DNA of 24,000 nt from Candidatus Hermodarchaeota archaeon. GTDB taxonomy: Archaea; Asgardarchaeota; Hermodarchaeia; Hermodarchaeales; Hermodarchaeaceae. Below are positions 15,818 through 23,198 of the stretch, piece after piece. The translations under genes were made by a program, and so were the position numbers. Under the pieces are notes generated by a model. The model worked only from the letters and a program-made list of their open reading frames with translations. It was not told the DNA's origin and ran no database searches. Location: the NCBI GenBank assembly GCA_016839365.1, contig JAEOUH010000039.1, positions 4,136 to 28,135 on the forward strand, in the 5' to 3' direction. Every line of letters begins with the position of its first letter. Positions within the stretch are counted from its first letter, which is position 1.

Positions 15818-17185
15818 ATGAAGATCACACTAAAACCAAAGTCACCGAACAAATCTAGCAACGGAATGCTCCAACGAACCCACTATTCCAATGAGCTCAA
15901 TCCGGAATTAGCGGGGGAGAATATTACAGTTGCTGGATGGGTGCAGCGTATTCGACGCTTAGGCAAGATTAGCTTTCTATTGGTTCGGGATCGAGAGGGA
16001 ATTGTACAGTGTACACTTCCCCATGCTAAAACAGCTCCTGAACTCCTTGAGATGCTGGACAAACTGGATAACGAATATGCCGTTGTGGTAAAAGGGAAAG
16101 TCAAGGCAGAGAAGCAAGCAAAACGAGGTATTGAGCTCATCCCTGAACAGATTCTATTAGTAAATTCTGCCCCTGCAACTCTGCCCTTAGATACATCAGG
16201 GAAGGTTGAAGCAGATATTGGCACACGATTCGATAATCGTGTCATGGATTTACGACGAATAGAAGCACAACAACTCTTCAAAATACAACATTTCACAGTT
16301 TCTCGAATGCGACACTTCCTCGAGGAGCACGGTTTTCGCGAAATTCACACACCAAAAATCGTTGCCACAGCCACAGAGGGTGGAGCTGACTTATTTGAAG
16401 TACAATACTTCGAACGGAAGGCGTTCTTGGCTCAGAGTCCCCAATTTTACAAGCAGCTCAGCCTTGTGGCAGGCTTCGACCGAGTCTATGAAGTTGCCCC
16501 AGTCTATCGCGCGGAGAAGCATAATACGCCGCGCCACCTGAATGAATACACGAGTTTCGATTATGAAATGGCCTGGATTCAAGACGAAGAAGAAGTAATG
16601 CGCCTTGAAGAGCATATGCTTGTAGATGCCTTCAAAGCTGTCAACAAAACCTGTGCAGAAGAACTCAAAGAACTCAATGCTGAGATCAAGGCACCCAGAA
16701 TTCCGATTAAGCGGATTGAGGTTCGAGAAGCCCTTGATATGTTGCGTGATGAGGGGTTTGAGCTTCCTCCAGATTCTGACATTCCCGCTGAAGGGGAAGA
16801 AAAGCTCTACCACCGCATGAAAAAAGAAACAGGCGAGGAGTTCTTCTTTCTGACCCGATACCCTACTGCCATTCGACCCTTCTATACAATGCCATTGGAA
16901 AGTGATCCAACGCTAACTCGTGGCTTCGATTTAATTTATCGGGGAATGGAAGTCACTACTGGAAGTCAACGGATTCACACATATGACCTGTTAGTCGAGA
17001 AACTTAAGGAAACAGGATTGAATCCCAAGACCTTCGCTTTCTATGTTGAGCCCTTTAAATTTGGAGCTCCACCTCATGGGGGGCTGGCAATTGGTGTGGA
17101 GAGGTTGACGATGCAAATGCTGGGTTACTCCAACATCCGTGAAGCAGTTCTTTTTCCACGGGACCGAACCCGACTTGTCCCCTAA
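15818..17185 (+). CDS. aspS: Aspartyl-tRNA synthetase, archaeal/eukaryotic type
   Basis: It is collinear with archaeal AspRS: RTHYSNEL...VAGWV...R.LGKISFLLVRDREGIVQ (OB fold), FREIHTPKIVATATEGGA, QSPQFYKQ, RVYEVAPVYRAEKHNTPRHLNEYTSFDYEMAW and GAPPHGGLAIGVERL...REAVLFPRDRTRLVP. ATG 15818 has a GGAG SD. By homology the start could instead be ATG 15866 (MLQRTHYS). Confidence 0.9.
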   Translation: MKITLKPKSPNKSSNGMLQRTHYSNELNPELAGENITVAGWVQRIRRLGKISFLLVRDREGIVQCTLPHAKTAPELLEMLDKLDNEYAVVVKGKVKAEKQAKRGIELIPEQILLVNSAPATLPLDTSGKVEADIGTRFDNRVMDLRRIEAQQLFKIQHFTVSRMRHFLEEHGFREIHTPKIVATATEGGADLFEVQYFERKAFLAQSPQFYKQLSLVAGFDRVYEVAPVYRAEKHNTPRHLNEYTSFDYEMAWIQDEEEVMRLEEHMLVDAFKAVNKTCAEELKELNAEIKAPRIPIKRIEVREALDMLRDEGFELPPDSDIPAEGEEKLYHRMKKETGEEFFFLTRYPTAIRPFYTMPLESDPTLTRGFDLIYRGMEVTTGSQRIHTYDLLVEKLKETGLNPKTFAFYVEPFKFGAPPHGGLAIGVERLTMQMLGYSNIREAVLFPRDRTRLVP

Positions 17186-17238
17186 TGGTGTCTTGATACA
17201 GGTAAATTCAAGAGGATAACAGCATACAGGATAGATGG

Positions 17239-17448
17239 GTGTATTCGATGTCAAAACCAAGTGACCAAATGAGTGCCTATTTTCAAAAGAAGGGTGAAAA
17301 CCTCGAAGAGCTAGCGGATCACCATGCAGCGATTGGTGAAGTACCCCAGGCCAAAGAGCTCTATGCTCAAGCTCGTTCGATGTTTGAACGATTAGGCAAT
17401 GAGGAACTAATTTCTCGCATTGACGGAAAAGTAGGGAAGCTCAAGTAG
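17239..17448 (+). CDS. Small hypothetical protein (single TPR-like helical hairpin?)
   Basis: This is a 66-69 aa ORF in an otherwise unassigned gap. It has a helical, TPR-like stretch (AAIGEVPQAKELYAQARSMFERLGNEE). There is no other support. Confidence 0.25.
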   Translation: MYSMSKPSDQMSAYFQKKGENLEELADHHAAIGEVPQAKELYAQARSMFERLGNEELISRIDGKVGKLK

Positions 17449-17482
17449 TTCAGCGGAGTGGTTTTTCAGCGTCGTTTTCACT

Positions 17483-18631
17483 TTAGAAGATGGTAATAAA
17501 CCGGGTTGCAGGCTCACTGCGAAGTCGTACAGCAACATGGTCATTATTAAGCTGGAGAAAATGCCGTTCATGTTCTGTTAGCTTTTGATCAAGGGGGGAA
17601 AGGACTGCATCGAGGCCATTTGTGAGAATGAAGTTACCAACCTGATTGACCATTGGATTTGATTGATTGACCTTCGTTTCAAAAAAGACCAAGGGACTCT
17701 GTAAAGCCGCATAACGAGTACAGAGCCAATAAGCCAGCTTGGGGGAGAGCTCAGGTGGATTAACTAGGAAGAGGGGAGGAAGAGAATTTTCCTCGCGTGA
17801 AATAAGCTTCATGAGCAGTAGGTTCATTGCAAAAACGCTAGTTGGTGTATCAGTAACCGAGATTATTGTTGGAAGATGCGTGATATGAGACAAGGCGACA
17901 TTGTCATAATTTGGTTTGAGTAGGTCATGGGGGAGGGCATCAATTAAGCGGCGTATTTCAAAATAAGAAGCACCATGATGGTGATAAAATGATAGAGTAT
18001 TTTGGAGGTACTCAATTGACGGTTGAGCAGCCGACAGAAGTATTTTCCAGATAATTACGTGAAGAAGATTCCGAGCTGTAGGAGAGAGAGGATAGAACTC
18101 TTCAAAGAGTCTTATAAGGATGCTAATCTGCTGCGAGGGATGCAGTCCACCGCCTAAGTTCAAGGCGTTGAAGGTGATTTCATCCTTTTCTAAGTCTAGA
18201 TGCCACAGGGGACCTTCACAGACTTGTTGTTCGAGACCCTCTGAGGGCGCCCCTTTGATGACAATGACTGGGATGCGGTGATCGTCATGAAGTTGTATGA
18301 GCAGATTGAAGTAGATGTCTTGAGCCCTGGGACCGACAACGAAGAGGTTGATGAGGTCTTGAAGTGTCAATGAAAAGGGGTGAGTTTGATGGTTCTGTAT
18401 TAGGTATCCGATTTGAATCAACCCGGTCGTGTGGTGCGATTCGAAGTTAAAATGCGAACTTTCATCCGACAAGCCGTTTCCCCACATTCCATGCGGGTTC
18501 CGCCTCTTTTTTAGGTATTCGTGATAGTCTGTTTTAATAGACAGACATACTGCAGAGAGGTCACTGAAAGTAATCGCTGACCTTACTCCACTATGCCGTT
18601 TCCTATTTAAGCGATAAGCGGTAATGCTCAT
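17483..18631 (-). CDS. Hypothetical protein; possible HerA/DUF87-like P-loop NTPase fold with eroded Walker motifs
   Basis: The 382-aa ORF has a layout resembling HerA/DUF87 ATPases (IGYLI....HPFSLTLQDLINLFVVG-PRAQDIY-FNLLIQL...RIPVIVI). At the expected Walker A position, GPRAQDIY replaces GxxGxGK[ST]. At the expected Walker B position, PLFLVNPPE replaces hhhhDE. This is inference from pattern only. Confidence 0.45.
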   Translation of the reverse strand: MSITAYRLNRKRHSGVRSAITFSDLSAVCLSIKTDYHEYLKKRRNPHGMWGNGLSDESSHFNFESHHTTGLIQIGYLIQNHQTHPFSLTLQDLINLFVVGPRAQDIYFNLLIQLHDDHRIPVIVIKGAPSEGLEQQVCEGPLWHLDLEKDEITFNALNLGGGLHPSQQISILIRLFEEFYPLSPTARNLLHVIIWKILLSAAQPSIEYLQNTLSFYHHHGASYFEIRRLIDALPHDLLKPNYDNVALSHITHLPTIISVTDTPTSVFAMNLLLMKLISREENSLPPLFLVNPPELSPKLAYWLCTRYAALQSPLVFFETKVNQSNPMVNQVGNFILTNGLDAVLSPLDQKLTEHERHFLQLNNDHVAVRLRSEPATRFITIF

Positions 18632-18652
18632 TTCATCGATGAGGCGAAGCCT

Positions 18653-19567
18653 ATGAAAGTGAAACCATTCATTGCGATAATGCGCCCCGCGAATCCATTA
18701 TTTGGTAGCCTCACCGCCATAATCGGCATTCTTACCACAAACTACTTCATCATCACCAACTTTGGATTAGTCCGCTGGACGATTCCGGAACTAATCATCG
18801 TTTTGATTCTAACAGCACTCACCTACATTTTTCTCGCTTCAGCAGGCAACGTAGTCAACGACATCTACGACATAGAGGTCGACAAGGTCAACCGTCCTGA
18901 ACGGCCTCTTCCCAGTGGACAAATCACACTGCGCCAAGCTAGGGTGTGGACAGTAATACTTGTCCTCATCTCCCTATTCTTCTCAGCTCTAACCATTCCA
19001 TACTCAGCGATTGGTTTTTGGACAGTTGCCATTGCGACCCTGTTTGCGCTTGTCGGATTAGCCTATGCAGCTAAAGGAAAGGTTATGGGCATATGGGGGA
19101 ACTTCACGGTCGCGATTAGCTTTGCTTTTGGACTCTTCTATGGATCTCTGGTAACCTTTTTGTTTATTCCACCAGTCATCTTCATCTACTTCTTAACCGC
19201 GGCTAGTGTTCTTCAGGGACGAGAAATCATAAAAGGAATTGAAGATGTGGAAGGTGATGCGCTTCGTGATGTCCAAACAATTGCCCGAAAATACGGTGTC
19301 CGCAAAGCAGCTATTGCCGCAGCAATCTGTAACGTCATCGGTATTATCGGCTTTTGGATACCATGGATTGCCAATTTGCAAAGTTTTCAATGGACCGGAA
19401 TTCTTTACATCGTGTTATTAATTCCAGGGTCCATCTGTGTAGCATTATCAACAATCATCATACTAGGAAACCCTGAGAAGAACGCATCTAGAGCTAGTTT
19501 CTTTGACAAACTGGGCGCCTATCTGGGCTTGTTAAACTACGTGCTTGGATCGATTTTTATTATATGA
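18653..19567 (+). CDS. UbiA-family prenyltransferase, most likely digeranylgeranylglyceryl phosphate (DGGGP) synthase
   Basis: The first Asp-rich motif is N-DIY-D-IEV-D followed by KVNRPERPLPSG. The second motif is KGIEDVEGDALRDVQTIARKYG. The protein has roughly 8-9 hydrophobic spans. Confidence 0.8.
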   Translation: MKVKPFIAIMRPANPLFGSLTAIIGILTTNYFIITNFGLVRWTIPELIIVLILTALTYIFLASAGNVVNDIYDIEVDKVNRPERPLPSGQITLRQARVWTVILVLISLFFSALTIPYSAIGFWTVAIATLFALVGLAYAAKGKVMGIWGNFTVAISFAFGLFYGSLVTFLFIPPVIFIYFLTAASVLQGREIIKGIEDVEGDALRDVQTIARKYGVRKAAIAAAICNVIGIIGFWIPWIANLQSFQWTGILYIVLLIPGSICVALSTIIILGNPEKNASRASFFDKLGAYLGLLNYVLGSIFII

Positions 19568-20271
19568 AAGGAGAGAAAACGAGGCTGCGAATTGCTGCCA
19601 CAAGTGACATTCATTGGCCCCAATATCAGGGATTGTTCATCAAAGCTTTACGACAATTACCCAAGCCTGATCTTTTACTCCTCGCAGGTGACCTTGTCAA
19701 TCGGGGAAACCCACACAGCATTACTCCGGTCATTGAAAAGCTGAAAGAAGCCAAATTAGAGTGCCCAATACTCGCTTGTTTTGGAAACGACGACTATGAT
19801 TCCATTAAAGATACAATGCGCACGCAAGGACAAGACACTATACAATTTTTAGATGATGAACTCGTGACACTTCCCATTCAAGGAAAACAGGTTTCAATCG
19901 TGGGGAGCCGTGGCGTCCTTGACCAACCTACTTTTTGGCAGTCTCGAAACATCAAGGAAATAAAAGAAGTTTATACGAAAAGACTTGATGTTCTCGATTC
20001 CTTACTCGAGAAGGCAAAGGCACTGAGCCGATATTTGATTCTCCTCACTCACTACACCCCCACCTTTATGACGTTGAAAGGCGAAACTAAACGATCCCAC
20101 GCCCAAATGGGCAGTCGACGGGTCGAAGAACTGCTCAAAAAACACTCGCCAATGCTTGCAGTTCACGGACACGCACACAACGGATTGCCTAAAGCCAAGT
20201 TGAACAAGGTGCGAATCTACAACGTTGCCCTCCCCTTGAACCGTCGGATTGTCGTCATCAATCGATTATAA
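19564..20271 (+). CDS. Calcineurin-like metallophosphoesterase
   Basis: The motif series is SDIH (DxH), LLLAGDLVNRG (GD), CFGNDDY (GN[HD]), LLTHY and VHGHAHNG (GHxH). The ATG overlaps the UbiA stop codon (ATGA, 4-nt overlap). Confidence 0.8.
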   Translation: MKGEKTRLRIAATSDIHWPQYQGLFIKALRQLPKPDLLLLAGDLVNRGNPHSITPVIEKLKEAKLECPILACFGNDDYDSIKDTMRTQGQDTIQFLDDELVTLPIQGKQVSIVGSRGVLDQPTFWQSRNIKEIKEVYTKRLDVLDSLLEKAKALSRYLILLTHYTPTFMTLKGETKRSHAQMGSRRVEELLKKHSPMLAVHGHAHNGLPKAKLNKVRIYNVALPLNRRIVVINRL

Positions 20272-20377
20272 TCGAATTCTTGTGAAGATGAGCTGCGCGC
20301 TATCGCAAGGATTTAAGTCGGACGGAAACTCGTTTCCAAGCCTGTTTGCGCCCGTTTTACTGAATTAGGAAAAGTAT

Positions 20378-21889
20378 ATGTGGTTTCCAAGAAACGGAAG
20401 GCTCATGTCCCAGCCAGCGGTGGATCCAAAAAACAGTGGTTTCTGTCCCTCCTGCCATATCAATATGGCAGAACGTTACTGCAAAGAATGTGGACAAGTC
20501 TTTTGTCTCCCTTGTTCACGTCAGGATAACAGCGAATTCTACACCTGTGCCCGCTGCGGACCGGACACCATCGAAGAACGGGAAGAGGGTGAATGGGTTT
20601 GCACCGAATGTGATGGACCCGCTCAGTTGGCGACCCGCCGAGTCCATCTTTGCCCAAATTGTGGCTCCGAGGGAATCGTCCCAATTCACAATATGCGACA
20701 AGAACTGGTTGGCCGCTATCGGACGACTTACTACAGGCTTAGAACAGGTCATGAACTGCTATCAGGATTTGCTGCCCGGTTGCGGATTTTACGATGGCGA
20801 ATCCGAGAATTACGAACAGCGAGTTTTCTGCATGACCCAGATGTGGAAAAGGAACTCCTTGATCTGATTAAATCTGACTTGTCTAGCGTCCAAGAACGTA
20901 TTCTCTTTCGTGCACGGAGTGTAGTCGAACGGCATCGAGCAAGCAAGATTCGCTTTTTGCACCCAGAACGTTGGACCATCACAGACTTTCCCTTGCTGGC
21001 TGGTCTAATCGAAGCGATCCAAGAAGACGTGGCAGACTACCAGGCCTATTGTCGTGATCTTGTCGGTGAGCTAGACGTAAAACTTGCTACCATCGAGGCC
21101 CGGCTAACCAAGATTGCCGAATGGCACAAACTCTTCGATGACCACATCGAATATCTTCCACTTATTGAGAATGAACGACCCGTTGCTGCTATTCATCCTG
21201 TGAGCCTGAACAAAACCGACACGAATGAAAGGATGGGTAACGGAATCTTATTCATCACCAGCAAGCGTTTGATCTTTCTGGGGCGGAAAGGGTTCTTTAC
21301 CAAAGAAACTAGGGTCATCCGTTCATTAGCCCTTGCGGAAATCACCGATGTTGAGCTTGAAGGACGGATTCGCAAACGGCTACGAGTCGCAATTGAAAAT
21401 GATGAGTTGAAACTTGGTGGCCCCTCAAGAGTATTGGAAGACATCCCGGATGCCATTAATTTAGCAACAAGCTTCTCGGAGCACAGCCTGGTCACTACCT
21501 CGGGTTCTCTGCGTATTCTAAATTTAAAGGTCGATGTGACTTCTCTGCGGGATGAATTGGATCAACTCATTAATTACGCAATTTCTCCTGAGGACGGAGA
21601 CCTATCTCGCCAACCTGAGGGGTCTCGCCCTTATCCATATCCCGATGGGTATTATCCTCGGTTTTCTTCACGATCTGATGGGTTAGAGCGAGATCCTGTC
21701 TTCCAGCTAGAGCAACAGCGGTTTAGCATCGAATCCACTATGGAGTTGCTCAAGAAGCAGTTCGAGGAAGGAAAGCTGTCTGATGAGAAATTCTTCAAAC
21801 AGTACCGTTCCCTAACTCAAGAACTGTATCTTGTGGAAGCCCGGATACGAGACACACAATCTCGTAAGGGTTTCGAAGACAAACGATAA
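20378..21889 (+). CDS. Multi-zinc-ribbon protein with a helical middle region, a PH/GRAM-like (bPH-type) domain and a SHOCT-like C-terminal helix pair
   Basis: Six CxxC pairs are present (C23/26, C35/38, C43/46, C57/60, C75/78, C92/95; nt 20444-20662). The PH/GRAM-like signature is NGILFITSKRLIFLGRKGFF..ETRVIRSLALAEITDVELEG....RLRVAIENDELKL (about nt 21170-21472). A Pro/Tyr-rich stretch (SRPYPYPDGYYPRF) follows. The C-terminus is a SHOCT-like MELLKKQFEEGKLSDEKFFKQYRSL (about nt 21719-21835). An alternative start is ATG 20405. Confidence 0.6.
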   Translation: MWFPRNGRLMSQPAVDPKNSGFCPSCHINMAERYCKECGQVFCLPCSRQDNSEFYTCARCGPDTIEEREEGEWVCTECDGPAQLATRRVHLCPNCGSEGIVPIHNMRQELVGRYRTTYYRLRTGHELLSGFAARLRILRWRIRELRTASFLHDPDVEKELLDLIKSDLSSVQERILFRARSVVERHRASKIRFLHPERWTITDFPLLAGLIEAIQEDVADYQAYCRDLVGELDVKLATIEARLTKIAEWHKLFDDHIEYLPLIENERPVAAIHPVSLNKTDTNERMGNGILFITSKRLIFLGRKGFFTKETRVIRSLALAEITDVELEGRIRKRLRVAIENDELKLGGPSRVLEDIPDAINLATSFSEHSLVTTSGSLRILNLKVDVTSLRDELDQLINYAISPEDGDLSRQPEGSRPYPYPDGYYPRFSSRSDGLERDPVFQLEQQRFSIESTMELLKKQFEEGKLSDEKFFKQYRSLTQELYLVEARIRDTQSRKGFEDKR

Positions 21890-21919
21890 ATCAAGCTAAC
21901 ATTTGAAGGCGTACGTAAG

Positions 21920-22552
21920 TTATTCTTTAACTTCCTTTTTCAGGCGTTCAAGTTCTCGCTTTGTTCGCTCGCGTCGTTCCTCTGAGGTTTCGAGGAGCTC
22001 TTCTTCGCCTTCAGGCACAGAAGGTAGTTGACCTGCTTCTTCGAGGGCGATCATGGTTTCGATGTCCTCAAGTTCGGCATCAACCTCAGCGTCCATTTCT
22101 TCGTCCTCAAGGCCGAGTCCCAGGATTTCTTCGGTGGCTTCAGCTTCCTCAATGAGGGCTTGTGTTTCAAGAATAACTTCACGTGCGACCTCTGGTGAAG
22201 CTGTCTCTCGTAGGTTCTCCAGTTCAGCACCGATGCCTTTGAGGGCACTGATAACTTCAGTTTCTCCACGAGCTTGATCGATGGCTTCAACGCCACGTTC
22301 CATCAAATCGATTTCTTGCTCAATCAGACGGGCTTTGCGCAGATAGCGTTGACGTCTACGAAGCTGTAACTTCGCCGCCTTTCGATCACCCCGACGAACA
22401 TAACGGATAGCTTTAATCCTCGAGTCCTTGGCCTTCGTTTCATATTGACGACCACGGACTTCAAGTTTGTCTGTTACCCGATGAATCCGGGCAATCGTGT
22501 CTTCTTTAGGTTCAGGTTTTTTCGGAAAGAGTTTTTCCCAGAATTTAGCCAT
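21920..22552 (-). CDS. ESCRT-III family protein, Snf7/CHMP4-Vps20-like class
   Basis: The N-terminus is hydrophobic and amphipathic (MAKFWEKLFPKK). The basic helical hairpin is ...RGDRKAAKLQLRRRQRYLRKARLIEQEI..., followed by ALKGIGAELENL and a very acidic tail. A proline motif QLPSVPEGEE resembles the MIM2 class. It lies 4 nt downstream of the other ESCRT-III gene. Confidence 0.8.
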   Translation of the reverse strand: MAKFWEKLFPKKPEPKEDTIARIHRVTDKLEVRGRQYETKAKDSRIKAIRYVRRGDRKAAKLQLRRRQRYLRKARLIEQEIDLMERGVEAIDQARGETEVISALKGIGAELENLRETASPEVAREVILETQALIEEAEATEEILGLGLEDEEMDAEVDAELEDIETMIALEEAGQLPSVPEGEEELLETSEERRERTKRELERLKKEVKE

Positions 22553-22556
22553 TTGT

Positions 22557-23198
22557 CTAGCCCTCCTCCTTTAATCGTTCAATTTCTTTTTCTAATTCAG
22601 AGACGCGCTTTTCGGGTTCGGGGAGTGAGGTACCTGTTTCTACTTCGATTTCTGAATCGAGCTCCCGAAGTGCGTCTTTCACTTCGCCATCAGTGACCTC
22701 GGTGGAAACGGCCATCCGGTCCATTCCCGCTTCGGCGACTTCTTGGGTCATTTCGAAGTGACGAAGGTTGCCTTCGATCTGATCAACAAGTTGTGCAACC
22801 TCAGGAACCTTAACCTGGTTCTTCAGTCCGCCAAGGGCAGAGTTGAGCTGGCCTAGGATTTTAGCCACTTCACCCATGGCTTCACTTTGGCGTAGTTGGG
22901 TTTGTAATCCTTCAATACGGAGACGATAGGCATCTACGCTCAGAGCCCATTTTTGGAATCGCAGATGATGTTGAAGGTACATCCGCGTGGCATCCATATT
23001 ACCCGATAACCGGTACTTTTTGGCCCGTTCACGGCTTTTACTCGCTTCTTTTTCGAGCATCTTCCGTTGTAAATCGAGCTTCCGGCAGAAGACATCAAGA
23101 CGGAAGATGAGCTTCTTCAGATCGGGTCCACCGCCCAGCCAATTCATAAATCGGCGAATAGCAGACATTGTCATTAACCTACCACTGACACCCTTCAA
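22557..23198 (-). CDS. ESCRT-III family protein, CHMP1/2/3 (Vps2/24/46)-like class
   Basis: SGNMDATRMYLQHHLRFQKW parallels GQMDAVRIMAKDLVRTRR of CHMP2 as recalled. Further matches are AMGEVAKILGQLNSALGGLKNQVKVPEVAQLVDQIE and an acidic linker. The C-terminal helix SELEKEIERLKEEG is MIM1-like. The likely true start is ATG 23168 (MSAIRRFMNWLGG) rather than TTG 23198. Confidence 0.8.
   Translation of the reverse strand: MKGVSGRLMTMSAIRRFMNWLGGGPDLKKLIFRLDVFCRKLDLQRKMLEKEASKSRERAKKYRLSGNMDATRMYLQHHLRFQKWALSVDAYRLRIEGLQTQLRQSEAMGEVAKILGQLNSALGGLKNQVKVPEVAQLVDQIEGNLRHFEMTQEVAEAGMDRMAVSTEVTDGEVKDALRELDSEIEVETGTSLPEPEKRVSELEKEIERLKEEG

Noticed and set aside
15883-16813. Two minus-strand ORFs of 137 and 140 aa (15883..16296 and 16391..16813)
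   Set aside because: Both lie inside the strongly supported AspRS gene on the opposite strand and have no motifs. They are typical antisense shadow ORFs.
20436-20867. 143-aa plus-strand ORF in an alternative frame of the zinc-ribbon protein gene, plus minus-strand ORFs at 20460..20982 and 21193..21495
   Set aside because: They overlap the 503-aa ORF, whose frame carries coherent CxxC, PH-like and SHOCT-like features. The alternatives have Arg/Ser-rich nonsense-like composition.
21961-22696. Several 64-83 aa ORFs on both strands within the ESCRT-III genes
   Set aside because: They are artefacts of the Glu/Lys/Arg-rich repetitive codon composition of ESCRT-III genes. All are nested in the two well-supported CDSs.
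21920-23198. Interpretation as a crenarchaeal Cdv (CdvA/CdvB/CdvC) locus
   Set aside because: There is no PRC-barrel CdvA or AAA+ CdvC gene adjacent. Neither ESCRT-III protein has the C-terminal winged-helix extension of CdvB. The two proteins instead split into CHMP1-3-like and CHMP4-like classes.
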